This document shows positions 9,413-20,000 of a stretch of 20,000 nt of DNA, one piece after another. The notes beneath the pieces were generated by a model. It did no database searches, was not told where the DNA came from, and saw nothing but the letters and a program-made list of their open reading frames with translations. Origin of the DNA: Atractiella rhizophila (Eukaryota); the NCBI GenBank assembly GCA_021432655.1, contig MU271187.1:206695-226694 (forward strand), given 5' to 3'. Every line of letters starts with the position of its first letter. Positions within the stretch are counted from its first letter, which is position 1. Made by a program: the position numbers and the translations under genes.

Positions 9413-11370
9413 ATGGAGCACAACAGACATCTGAAGTCTCATCAGAGGATCAAGCGTCAAAGGTTGGGAGTCCCTACTACGGGTGATCCAACGACGACCC
9501 CAGCCGAAACGACTAAAGGTCCCTCGACCACGCCGACGCCGAAAGCTGCTAATCCCAAGACGACGCCCGCCACGACGGAGAGTGATCCTACGACGAAGAA
9601 GGCGGCGACGAAGACGACGGATAGTAACACACAGACGAGCTCGAGCAAGACCAAAAAGGGTAACTCTAGCTCTAGCACCACTGGTTCGGTCACAGGTACC
9701 ACGGGATTATCTGGAACTGTTACTGGTACGAGTTCCACTTCTACCGGTACGGCTATCGGGGCTGGCTCGAACAATGGGACGAGCAGCGGAGGCGGAATTT
9801 CCACTGGAGCTATCGTCGGTATTATCGCCGTGGTTGCAGTGGTCGCCGTGGCTGGATTATTCTTCTTCGTCCGAAAGAAGAAGAGAGCGAATGTCGCTGC
9901 TGCCAATGGCGGACCCATTGGCTCGAATAAGAGGGCCAGCGCGATGGGTGCAGAGCCTTTGAGGAGCGACGAGAATTTGTTCAGTAGCGTGGAGGAGAAG
10001 AATGGCGGTGGTGGATGGGGAGGAAATGGAGGTGGGTATGGCGCTGTGGGCGCCACGAGAGGAATGGGCGGTGGAATGGGCGGGAATGGACCTTCGAACG
10101 AAGGAAGGGTCTGGGGAGAAGAAAAGATCAACGTTGTGCCCTCGCCGTCTGCGACTAACTTTAATGTCGGGGCTGCTCCTCCGCCAATGTCTTCGTATCC
10201 TCCGTCTTATCCCCCTTCGAATGGTTACCAGTCTCCTCCTCCTCAATTCGACGACTATAACCAACCGCCGATGTCAGCCCAACCGCTTATGGCCCCGGCT
10301 CCCTTGCCCATTCCAGCCAATGTTGCCCCTCTTCGACAATACACTCCTTCACCGACCTTGTCTCAAAACACGAATATGATGTCTCCTCCGGCCTCTACTG
10401 CGCACTTCTCCACCGCCTCTTCTCAGGTGCCTCTCTTACCTCAGGGAGGCACGCCAATGACACCCGGTTCCGACTTTTTTGGGCCAAACAGAAGTGACAC
10501 CGCGACGCCTAAGAGTAACGTTCCCGTCGCTCTCCTTGCCGGTGCTGGCTCTCCTCCTCCCGGTCATCTTCCAAATCCCCTCATGGCCAGCCCTCCTCAA
10601 CCCGCTCAACCGCTCGTGGCTCCTCCAGCTCCGGTTCCGGCTCCTGCTCCTTCTCCTGAGACTGCGGAGAACCCGTTCCCAGATTCGCCTGAGCAAGGGA
10701 AGGTCTTCAGTGTGGTTAGGACCTTTGAGCCTAATATGAATGATGAGCTTGTTATTTACGTGCGTCTTTGCTCCTTCCCTAGATAGGAAAGTGTCATTGA
10801 TTGTGAATGAAACAGCCCGGAGACAAAGTCCAGATTCTCATGAACTACGACGATGGCTGGGTTCTCGGTGTCAATCTCTCCATCAACCCACCTCAACGAG
10901 GAGTGTTCCCCCGCGATTGCGTCGAAGAAGCGGATCCGTCCTCTCCCCTTCCTGGCGCCACCAACGGTAACAACGAGAACAAGGGTAACACGCTGATGGG
11001 AAACAACCACTTCACAATCATGGAGGAAGATGAGGACGAGCCTTCTGAGCTCCCTTACGGTCCTCCTTCTCCCAAGAACAAAGTCGCGGACAAAGCGCCG
11101 TTCCTTCCCCCCATCGACTTTGTCACTTCGTCCGCTAGCCCACCAACGATCGCGGTCGAGGCTCCAGCGGAACATAATTCGAACCACATTGCTGGCCCTG
11201 GTGTTGGCGGAGTGACCCCTAGTCAGAGCTCCGGAAACGTGAGCACTGCGAGTGGAAAGAACGTGAGGAGGTCTAGCTCGCTCATCGCTAGCAGAGATGC
11301 GGAGTTGTTTGTTGCTCTTGGTGAGGCTTTGGATGATGGGAAGAAGAGGCAACAAACGAACATGATTTGA
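9413..11370 (+). CDS. Single-pass membrane protein with Ser/Thr-rich ectodomain, Pro-rich tail and SH3 domain (Fus1-like architecture), ~633 aa. Exons 9413-10759, 10816-11370
   Basis: TM segment GAIVGIIAVVAVVAVAGLFFFV followed by RKKKR. SH3 VVRTFEPNMNDELVIY|PGDKVQILMNYDDGWVLG...GVFPRDCV is joined across a 56-nt GT-AG intron. Start codon not certain. Confidence 0.85.
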
Positions 11371-11924
11371 GTCAGTCAGTCTTTCTTTCTTTCAGGTGCT
11401 CTTGTTCAGAGACACTGATTGGTGACTGATGATAGATGAACTATCGCCGGTCCTTTCTCTAGATTCATAAGCTCTTCACTCTTCACTCTCCAATCTCTTT
11501 ATTTATTCTCCCGCTTACCTTATCCCTCCAATCAACCGCCACGTGTATTGAAAGAATGAGAAGAAGTCGATATACCCAGTGTTTTTTGCTTTCTTCTTTC
11601 CTCTTTCCACAACCACATTACAGCACTTTGATGGTGGTAATACGCTCTTCTTATAAATCTCTGTTTTTTCGAGTCGAAGGTGCAAGCACCCAGCCATTTT
11701 ACCCAGCCTTCTTCCACAGCATATCCGTGTTCCCGTTCTTCATTTCAATTTTCTGCTTCAGGTTTCCTTGTCGAGAATTTCCGTCTGTAGATAGACTTGG
11801 AGTTTGAGAGAGGAATTTGTGAGGAGTTCATCTAGACATTGTCGCGTGCGTCGTGGAACAACGATCCTGAGGTGAGGACAAGAAGCAGAAATATGATACA
11901 CCTGAGCATGAACAAACATTCCAT

Positions 11925-12930
11925 CTATCCCATGGTTATATCACCCTCCCGATCTTTTCCTCCATTCTTTCTCTTCTCCATCTCCACCACATCCTTCTCA
12001 CTAGGCACCAGACCCTGATCCAACATTCTCTGCAGCCGCTGCACCTCTTCCGCACTCCCAGCAGCTTCTACCGCCCTCTTCACTCTCTCCTTCTCTTCTT
12101 TAGTGAGCAGACGACCTTTATCCACCTTCTGCGTTCCTGTTGGTGCGGTAGGTTGAGTGAACGTTGTCGAGCTGGTGAGAGAAGTGTAGAGAGCGGTTGG
12201 AGCGGGTGGGTTTGAGGGAACTTGAAAGAGATCAGTCGCGGTGTTTCGTTCCTGTATCGCGGACAGGTCGAGATATGTCAATGAAATGCTGGTAGCAGGA
12301 TAAGGGAAGCGTTGACAGACCTTGTCCTTCACCTTTTGGAAGTCGAGGATTCGGAGTTTCTTGCAACCAAAGATGAGAAACTCTCGGTAGTATTTTGCGT
12401 TCTTGACGGGATTGCCGTAGAGAGTGAGTGACTGAAGCGAGGGGAGAGCAAAGAGGGGTAGAAGTTGTGAGAACTCCCTGTCCAATCGCAGCAACATTCA
12501 CTGCCTATTTCCCTCTTGACTTTGAAGAGAGTACGTACCTGAACTCGCAACCCATCATACTGAGATGCTTCAAATTGACCAGGTTGAACCCTAAATGTGG
12601 GTTGATGTGATTCAAAGGATTATTGTTGATGATAATCTGCGTGAGACGCGACATGACTGGAAAATTGGTGAGCGAGCGAATCGAGTTGTCAGTCAGGTCA
12701 AGGGAGTCGACTGAATTTCGTAAGATGCCCAAATTTTCGATGGAGGGGATCTTCATGCCTATTCCACCAACGAATCAGCGAAATCAGCCTTTTGGACCGC
12801 TTGAAAGGGTATAATGAGGATCGCTCGAAACTGAGAAATGGCAAGACCTACCACGTAAATCAAGCTCCCTGTCTTTCAGAGGAGATAAGTAAGATGGCTT
12901 TTGAAGTAGTTCTGGCGTTAGCTTCACCAT
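11925..12930 (-). CDS. LEA1: U2 snRNP A' protein (leucine-rich repeat), 260 aa. Exons 12930-12852, 12758-12539, 12477-12321, 12251-11925
   Basis: MVKLTPELL...SPLKDRELDLR|GMKIPSIENLG, DSLDLTDNSI, LRRcap GNPV...YYREFLI...LRILDFQKVKDK|ER and C-terminal AGSAEEVQRLQRML. Introns of 93, 61 and 69 nt. Confidence 0.95.
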
Positions 12931-13455
12931 TTTGATGCGAGCTCAAACACAGAAATCGCTGGAGTGCTCTTGGTTGACGGAAGCGTCGGTCGGAACTTCA
13001 AACAAAACAAAGGAATTCGCAGCAACACTTTGACTTCGGCATAACACGGCGTTGAAGACGGTTCGGCTGCCAGAACTCTGGCTCCGCTACTTAGCCGAAT
13101 TATGGTTCTCAGTGAGTGTTTTCCTGTCATCTGGGCTTTGGAGGCCCGTGAGACAAGAGAGTAGAGTAGACTGACGCTTCTACACAAAAGGAGCGAGTTA
13201 TGGAATCACCGAATCAACGGCTATCCTGAGGATGGATGGGATGAAACTCTGACCTCCACATCTACATGCGAGTGGAGCTCTGAGTGAGAACGTCGGGGGG
13301 GAGAGGTCGAGCCCTGCCCTTCCACCCCGTTCACATCACAAACGTGGAGGAAGGAGACCTCAAATATAAGGAGCCCAGCGATTAACAGCGCATCCACCAA
13401 TCATCACTCGAACTGAGACCTCTCACCAATCCGCCCTCCATACTCATTATTCAAC

Positions 13456-14609
13456 ATGACCATCATCAAAGCTGCCACAGCACCACTGTTCGCTGTAGTT
13501 GGCGCTTCCGGTAACCAGGGTGGCTCAGTCATGCGCTCCATCCAGGCATCTTCCAAGGCATATCGTGTTCGGGCCATTGGACGAGATATCACGAAGCCGA
13601 TTTTCAAGAAATACGAAGAATGGGGTTGCGAGATCCTCTCTGCTGATGTATCGACGAAGGATGGAGCCGAGAAGGCATTCAAAGACGCTGACATAGCGTT
13701 TGCTATCACTGTCTCTGAGTATTCTGATGGTGCAAAAGAGAAGGTGAGACTGACATAACTTCGAAAGAGAACGCTGAAGGAGAGAACAGGAAATTGCGAA
13801 AGGCAAGACGCAAATGGACGCTTGTGCTGCTCTTGGAGTCAAACAAGTAATCTACACCGGAATGGTACATCTAGGAAGGCTCACCGGCGCCTCCTGCGAC
13901 CTGCAAGCTCTTTCACGATAATATTCATGCAGAATCTGACGAACAAAACTCAGATGGGACTCAAAAGCAGAGGTAGCGGAGTACGCTCGCTCTCTTCGAG
14001 CTTTCAAACTCTACGACATCTCCACCGGGACCTTCTTCAACAACTACTTGACACAGAACGCGCCACGAAAAGCTGAAGATGGCACATATTTCATCGCTGC
14101 TCCATTCGGGCCAGACACCAAACTCCCTCTCATCGATCACGCGGAGGATTTTGGAAAATACGCGATTGGAGCGTTGGAGAACGATGCGCACGAGAAGACG
14201 GTATGCGCTGCTCCAGAATATGTGACGCCGGTCCAGATCGTCGAGGCTTTCTCGAAGGGTAGGCATTCCCTCCACCTCACCTGTCACGAGCCAATTTGAC
14301 AAAATGGTAGTTTCTGGCAGAACGATAAACTTGAAAGTTTTGACGGATGCGGAGTATGGAGGACGTCTCAAAGGGATTTTTGGAGAACAACTGGCGAACG
14401 GAATGGTGAACACCATGGCCGCCGTTAGAACCGTTGGCTGTAAGTCGCCTCCCTCGTTCATTCATTGCGCCTCTACAGTTGTTGACTGGAAAATAGATTA
14501 CGGGGGAGAAGAGCTGGAGGAAAGCAACCAACTCCTTTCAACCCCTGCCAGGAAGCTGCCTGAAATGGTGGAAGCACACAAGGACCGCATTTTAGCCCTT
14601 TTTGCGTGA
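13456..14609 (+). CDS. NmrA-like atypical SDR / NAD(P)-binding protein, 315 aa. Exons 13456-13743, 13790-13902, 13954-14258, 14311-14439, 14497-14609
   Basis: Rossmann motif AVVGASGNQGGSV, AFKDADIAF, WDSKAEV and EDFGKYA. Frame-keeping introns, including GC-AG 13903-13953. TATAAG at ~13365. Confidence 0.9.
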
Positions 14610-15315
14610 TGCGACATGTTCATGAATATAAACTAAAATTAAAAGGCAGAAAGGCTGCGAAATTCAGTGAACGTTCTAAATTCTTTCTCTTCAAATCTCA
14701 TGTGACGACCGTCACATTCATACTCGTGCTTACAATAGTGGTCTTGCTGAGCTTCTAACGCCACGGGTAATCAAATCCAATCAAGATAACTCAAATCTTG
14801 ACTTGCATGTAATCAATGATGAAAGCCTTTCCCTCTGTTCCCTCTTGGAAAGTCTCGATTTTGCTAGTAGCAATAACTTAAGACCGATCCACCTAGCGCT
14901 GCGCCACATTGGAAGATCGGCAATGAGAGAAGGTAGCCAGAAGAAAGGAATGCAGACTACCATCCATCGCATCCATCGAGTTCGCAGCAATAAGGAACGC
15001 CTACTTTGCTACATTGGGTAAATTGACCGAAAACATTCTATAAAATATGACTTTTAAACCTCCATCTCCATCTCAAGTTTTAGCTCACGATGTCTCTTTC
15101 AGTTCAATCTCATGACTGCGACTGCAACAGAACACTCGTCGTAGTAAATCTGGTGACATCATCGCCGAAGACAGTACAATCACAGCGACGACCATAATTT
15201 GCTTCATCGCAGCCTGAATACACCTGCGATATACTGTAACAACACCTCAGAATAACATCTCTCTCTTGTCTTCGCTCTTGCACTTTACTGTATACCGGAA
15301 CAAAGGTCCTACGAC

Positions 15316-17369
15316 ATGGCGCAAACACATCCAGACCTTCCTCACCGCTCTTCTTCCGGATTCGACGCTTCAGAACTCGCAGAAGCCACGCGTGCGAGCC
15401 TACAAGATTCAGGTTCACCGCTCTCCAATACTACGGGATTGGGCCTGAATGAGGAGGAGGAATTCGAACGCGCACGATTGGCTAGTTTGCAGGACGTTGG
15501 ACAGATGATTGGAGGAGAGGGGATCGGGAGGGGTGGAAGTGGATTTGATGAAGCTGAGATGGATAGAGCGATTAGGGAGAGCTTGAATGATGCCCCGGCA
15601 GGAGGAGGGAGTGGAAGTGCACATGAAACACCAAATGTGTTTGCTGGTGCAGTTGGGTAAGTTTTCCATTTCAGACAGGGGAACATGGAGGATTATGTTT
15701 CGACTTGAGGTTTTGAGTTGTTTATCTTCCTTTCAGTGCTAAGTTTGTGAGGCTGTAGTCTTCAACGGAGTTGTAGCATCTATCCTGGTAAATACAGGGT
15801 GCGGTGGGAGGCCTTATTCAAAGTAGACTTGCTAAGTCTAACTTCCCTTCTCTGTGTAAACAGGATTCTACCCGTTCTACTTACAAGGCACAGTTTGAGT
15901 ATTTGTAATTTGCTCCGGGGCAGAATACAAGATCTGGGTCCAATTGCTCAGGGTGAAGAACGTGTCCGTCTAACACCTCGTCGCCTGGCGCATTGTTTGC
16001 AGCTTAACCATGCGGTAAAGGTTGTTCGATGATTAAAGTGTAATAACTTGCTGCACTTTCTCTGCTTCTTTGTCGTGCTTTTGTACCCCAATTGGACATC
16101 TACAGATAATTACTGTGACAACAGCGTCCTTGCCTCTTTTTATCGTCACCTTTTCCTCTTTTTAGTGATCCGTCCATTGTATTGCACGGGCCACTCGGGC
16201 TAATTAAACAGGTAGCTTCTGCAGTCCTATCTAACATAGAGACATTTGGTTCAAAGACGAGGAACCATCTACTGACGGACAACAAACTTGTCACCTCTTT
16301 ATCCATCAGCAGTTCTTCTCCTTTTTATGCAACTTTGGCGCATTGATTTGAAAAGTGCTTCAGCGAGCAGTGTTCTACTGAATCGTCTTGCACCTTGGCT
16401 GTAGCCCTTACAATGCAGAGGTGGCGTACTAATGTTGTGTGTGTGCAAACAGCGCCGTTTCCCCTCCCCCATCATATGTCTCCCCTCCACCTACCACCCC
16501 GCTAACCTTCCCCGAACCGTCCATCCCTCCAGCGCTTCCACCCCGGAGCGAATTCGACGTGCACCGAGCTGCCTCCATCGCGTCCGCCAGCGATCCAGGT
16601 GATGCAGCACTATTCCACGAGACCGCATCGCATCTCGAACGGCCAACGCCTCCCCCTTCTCCTAAGCCGCACGAACGGGAACCTGTAGCAAGAGACGCGA
16701 TTCCTGCTGGCACGAGTGCGAGTGCGAGTGGCGGTGGCGGTGGGATGAAGGAGGAGAATAAGATCGGCGTCGCTGCTGCTTTTGAAGCTATAAGGAAGAT
16801 GATGAAGGACTTTGATTCTGCTGAAGCCCAAGAGAGGGGAAAGAATATTTTGGATCATGTTGTGGGTGTGGGGAAGGAAGTATATAAGGCTCAAAAGGAA
16901 CATGCCGCTAAGACTCTAGCTCAGGGGAGCGGAAGTGGTAATGGAGGAGCGGGTTCGACTTCAAGAGCCGCCAGTGGAACAGGAACGGAGAGATCTACAT
17001 GGCAGGAGAAGCTGGTACGCATCCTATCCCCCTTGTAGACGTTGTTTTACGATCTTAAATCATACGCAGGTGGGAATGGCAATGTCTGAAGCTGCGAAGC
17101 TATTCGATAAACAACATGCCTCCACCTCAGCTGCTGGATCCACGTCAGCCTCCGCTTCGACGAGTGGGAAAGCGAAACGCGAAGCGATTCAATCGGCAGC
17201 TAAAACCTTACTTCGACTGTTGGACCAATTGCCCAAGGACAAGCCTGCAGGCTCTGCGACGGGAAGTGGGACCGGCGCTTCTGGATCGAAGACGAGCGTG
17301 AAGGACTTGTTGGCTATGGCTCAAAAGTTGGCTAAGTTCATACCTACTGATGGCGCCACGAAGAAGTAA
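15316..17369 (+). CDS. Protein with three N-terminal UIM-like motifs, a Pro-rich linker and a C-terminal beta-flanking-protein-like helical region, ~400 aa. Exons 15316-15656, 16453-17014, 17070-17369
   Basis: Donor GG|GTAAGT (15657) joins in frame to acceptor TACTAAT...AAACAG|C (16452). Motifs IGVAAAFEAIRKM, KL|VGMAMSEAAKLFD and KREAIQSAA resemble, from memory, fungal beta-flanking proteins. The exon 1-2 join is inferred. Confidence 0.7.
15361..15591 (+). repeat. Three protein-level UIM-like repeats
   Basis: FDASELAEATRASLQD, NEEEEFERARLASLQD and FDEAEMDRAIRESLND fit the acidic-Phi-xx-A-xxx-S-xx-acidic UIM pattern. Confidence 0.75.
15657..16452 (+). other. Long first intron of the UIM/beta-flanking-like gene (796 nt)
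   Basis: GTAAGT donor, TACTAAT branch, CAG acceptor, in-frame join. Confidence 0.65.
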
Positions 17370-17782
17370 GCTGCTTGAAGTTGTTTTCTGGACTGTCAGG
17401 ATGGACGCGCTAAATATGTGCTTTCAACAAATTTGATTGGTAGATAAGTTGTTGTGAGTTGGAGGGGTGTAAATACCGAACATAAATGTACAGAATATAC
17501 AGGAATGCTAATGTAACGAATCTAGTACCCAGTGTCTAAGGCTAGGTCAAACAACGGTCATACTAGGACTAGTGGAAGCGCTCTATCAAGCTTTATTGGC
17601 AAGTCGTGTGCAATGTCATCATCATCCAATCACAAGGAAATGCGGGAAGGCTTTCAGCTGCCATCCATCCAGACCAAACATCTCACCTCCTTCGCAGAGG
17701 ATATCCTGTGTAAATCGTTCGAATATATGTAAAGCTTTCAAGTTAGAGAATAGATCACTTTCACGCCTTACAGCCACGAGAA

Positions 17783-20000
17783 ATGCTCTACTCAGTCGTT
17801 TCTGGCGTCGCCTCGACAGCAGTCAGCTTCATTCCATTCGTCGGCTCTCGCTCTTCGACTCCCACCAAACAGCGCCTTCAAGCTCCAACCAACTCCGATC
17901 CCCAAGGCGAAGAGGACGAAAATGCGAGCTCAGCCACATTGTACAAGGCACCAGTCCCTCCCAATGCCCTTGCGACACACCAATCCACCTCTCTTGTCCT
18001 CCACCGGCTTGCCACCACGTCCCCTCTCTTGCCCGTTCAACTTGCAGAGCTTATAACTGCCCTCTCAATTGCCGCGAGGGTTTCTTTGCGTGCTTCGGCG
18101 CTCTTTGCGGAGGCGATCTTGGAGGGTGCACGAGTTGGGACTGGGACGGGGATGGGGCTTAGTAGGAGAGCAATAATTGCGGCGTTGGGGAGTGCTAGGT
18201 GGATGAGGGAGATTACAGCGGGTGGGACGAATGGGGGAGAGGAGTGAGTATCTTTCTTAGCTCATTGGGAAGCGGAATGTGAGGAAAGCAGTGAGGCTTG
18301 ATTGAGCTTGTCTGAGAGTTCGCAATAACCACATAGAGGGGTATACGTGATCGAAATTCAGGCTCACGCCCACATTGCTGTTGGCGGTTCGCGAGTGGGA
18401 CATGACATATTTGTTATTTTGTTGCTACTCTGCTTCGTTTGAAGCGACTGAAGGATTATCTGTGCGGCGAACCTGCCGCTTTCTCTGCGTGCGAGTCAAC
18501 TGAAAGAATTCTGGAGAAATGATAATTGGATATCTCGCCATTGTAGTCATGGTGATGTCCTCCTGGGAAGGCGAGTTCACATGATCACCGCGTAGAAGTT
18601 CGCCACTATTGAGGTCCCTGCTAGAGGAGAAATTCTAAACCGCAGAGGGCGATAAATCAATAGACACAGCAGTTGATAATATGCCATCCAATCCATTGTG
18701 GCAGGAAAATAAGATGCCAAAACAACTCCGAGAATTGCTGAAAATTGTGAAATAACGGTGTATAAAAGCTCCTAAGAAGTTATGTGGCTAATGCACAAAA
18801 TGTGTGGATCATCATTACTTCCTCGAAGTAGATGAAGTTCCCTCGCGTTTCCGTTGTGACTCCGCGTCTTCAACCTCCATGGTTCTGCCCGCGAAAACTC
18901 GTGAAACTGACAAATTTGTGTATTGTGTATGACAGGGACAAGTTCTTACAGGTGCTCGACCATTATACCAATCTAGGGATCTACATGGTGCACCACGCCT
19001 TCACCTTAGGCGAGCTCTTCACAATGTCAGGCTTCTACCTCGCCTCCTCCACTGTGTCTTTCTCCTTCGCAGCAGGCGAAGAGTCGGTACGAATGCTCGA
19101 TTCCCTCTTTGGATCCAATGAGACTTCACGCGCTCTCAGTGCATTCATCACTCTCCTTGGAAGGGAAATGAATAGTGGAAAGTTTGGGGAGATGAGAGGA
19201 ATCCTTGGGACTGGAAGGAAATTTTTTGCCCTTACAAAGAGTTTGACGGTGTGGGCCTGTCTCCAGAGCGTGACGCATAGAAGGACGGTGAAGGGGATGA
19301 AGATGAGAGTTCTGTGGGATTGTACGGTGTGCGAGCGACAGAACTTGGTGACTAGTCCAGAGGGCCGGGAGGAAGGACATGAAATGGAGAAGAAGGAGAG
19401 GGAGAGACTTATCAGTGATGTGCGCAGTGCAAAGGAATTCGGAAGAACATGGAGGGACGAAATGACCGAATCGAAAAGGGAGAAGAGATTGTCACTGGCT
19501 CCTACGCTCTCAAGAGCAACTACAACGAGCACGATACGTTCACGACCTGAAACTGAACTGGGGAATCCGATAAATGCGGGAGATGAAGGAGAAGAAGGGG
19601 AGATTGTCTTCGAGCTCATGCAGCTCATAGGTGATGACGATGAGAGCGAAGTGAAGATGGAAGACCTTCCGCATGATGTGAGAGAGGCGATAGAACGCTT
19701 GGAGCGAGGCGATGAAACCGGATTAGAAGTGGTGAAAAGGGGAAAGGGAATGGATGGTACAAGATTGGTGCGGTCGGAAGAGAAGGATACGGTGTATGAG
19801 ATCGAGACAACTACCACTGTCACAACGACCACAGTCGTGCGTGTTATCGATCCTAATTTGACCTCCAGTGTGTCATCTATCTCCTCTACCGTCGGCGCTA
19901 CATCAACCGAGCTCGATGTACCCCAAGCCTCGACTTCCTCACATCGCTCGAGGAATCACACCCGTAACTCGTCCATTCTTAGTCACAACAGGTTCAGCAC
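17783..20000 (+). CDS. Large fungal class-3/diacylglycerol-lipase-like protein, N-terminal part (3'-partial). Exons 17783-18243, 18936->20000
   Basis: GA|GTGAGT...ACTGAC...GACAG|G joins in frame to DKFLQVLDHYTNLGIYMVHHAFTLGELF...EESVRMLDSLFGSNETSRALSAFITLL; the frame stays open to the window end. Family call rests on recalled N-terminal motifs; the catalytic domain is not in the window. Confidence 0.7.
18244..18935 (+). other. Long first intron of the lipase-like gene (692 nt)
   Basis: GTGAGT donor (unspliced read-through hits TGA), ACTGAC branch, CAG acceptor, in-frame join. Confidence 0.85.

Noticed and set aside
9457..10696. Long antisense and alternate-frame ORFs over the SH3 gene
   Set aside because: Shadows of low-complexity Thr/Gly/Pro codons.
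9413..17369. Mating-type locus idea (Fus1-like plus beta-flanking-like genes)
   Set aside because: No homeodomain, MIP, STE3 receptor or CAAX pheromone gene was seen in the window.
17572..17782. Upstream part of the Cys-rich 196-aa ORF 17572-18162
   Set aside because: Out-of-frame overlap with lipase exon 1; no independent support.
19035..19832. 265-aa minus-strand ORF
   Set aside because: Antisense shadow of lipase-like exon 2, which is missing from the track because it runs off the window.
1..20000. CRISPR arrays, tRNA/rRNA genes, intact transposons, prokaryotic systems
   Set aside because: Eukaryotic spliced genes throughout; no repeat-spacer array, cloverleaf, LTR/TIR pair or transposase/RT motif was seen.

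Overview
Gene-dense, intron-rich fungal DNA; gene content and ~45-95 nt introns point to a basidiomycete (inference). I reconstructed nine protein-coding genes by hand: SHP1/p47 UBX cofactor (partial, -), IRC3-like mitochondrial DEAH helicase (+, with an apparent 1-nt frameshift), two divergently transcribed small secreted Cys-rich genes invisible as intact ORFs in the track, a Fus1-like TM-SH3 protein, U2A'/LEA1 (-), an NmrA-like protein, a triple-UIM/beta-flanking-like protein and a class-3/DAG-lipase-like gene (partial). Two things stand out. (1) The head-to-head secreted genes share an exon plan: signal exon, spacer exon, then two exons each opening with CxxxC; one gives a probable Kex2-released 38-aa alpha-hairpinin-like peptide. 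(2) Four genes have a first coding intron of 600-1276 nt, while all other introns are 46-93 nt; their interiors hold antisense ORFs and intron-sized splice units (candidate nested genes, relics or stepwise splicing). No RNA genes, CRISPR arrays or recognisable transposons were found. All gene models need RNA-seq confirmation.
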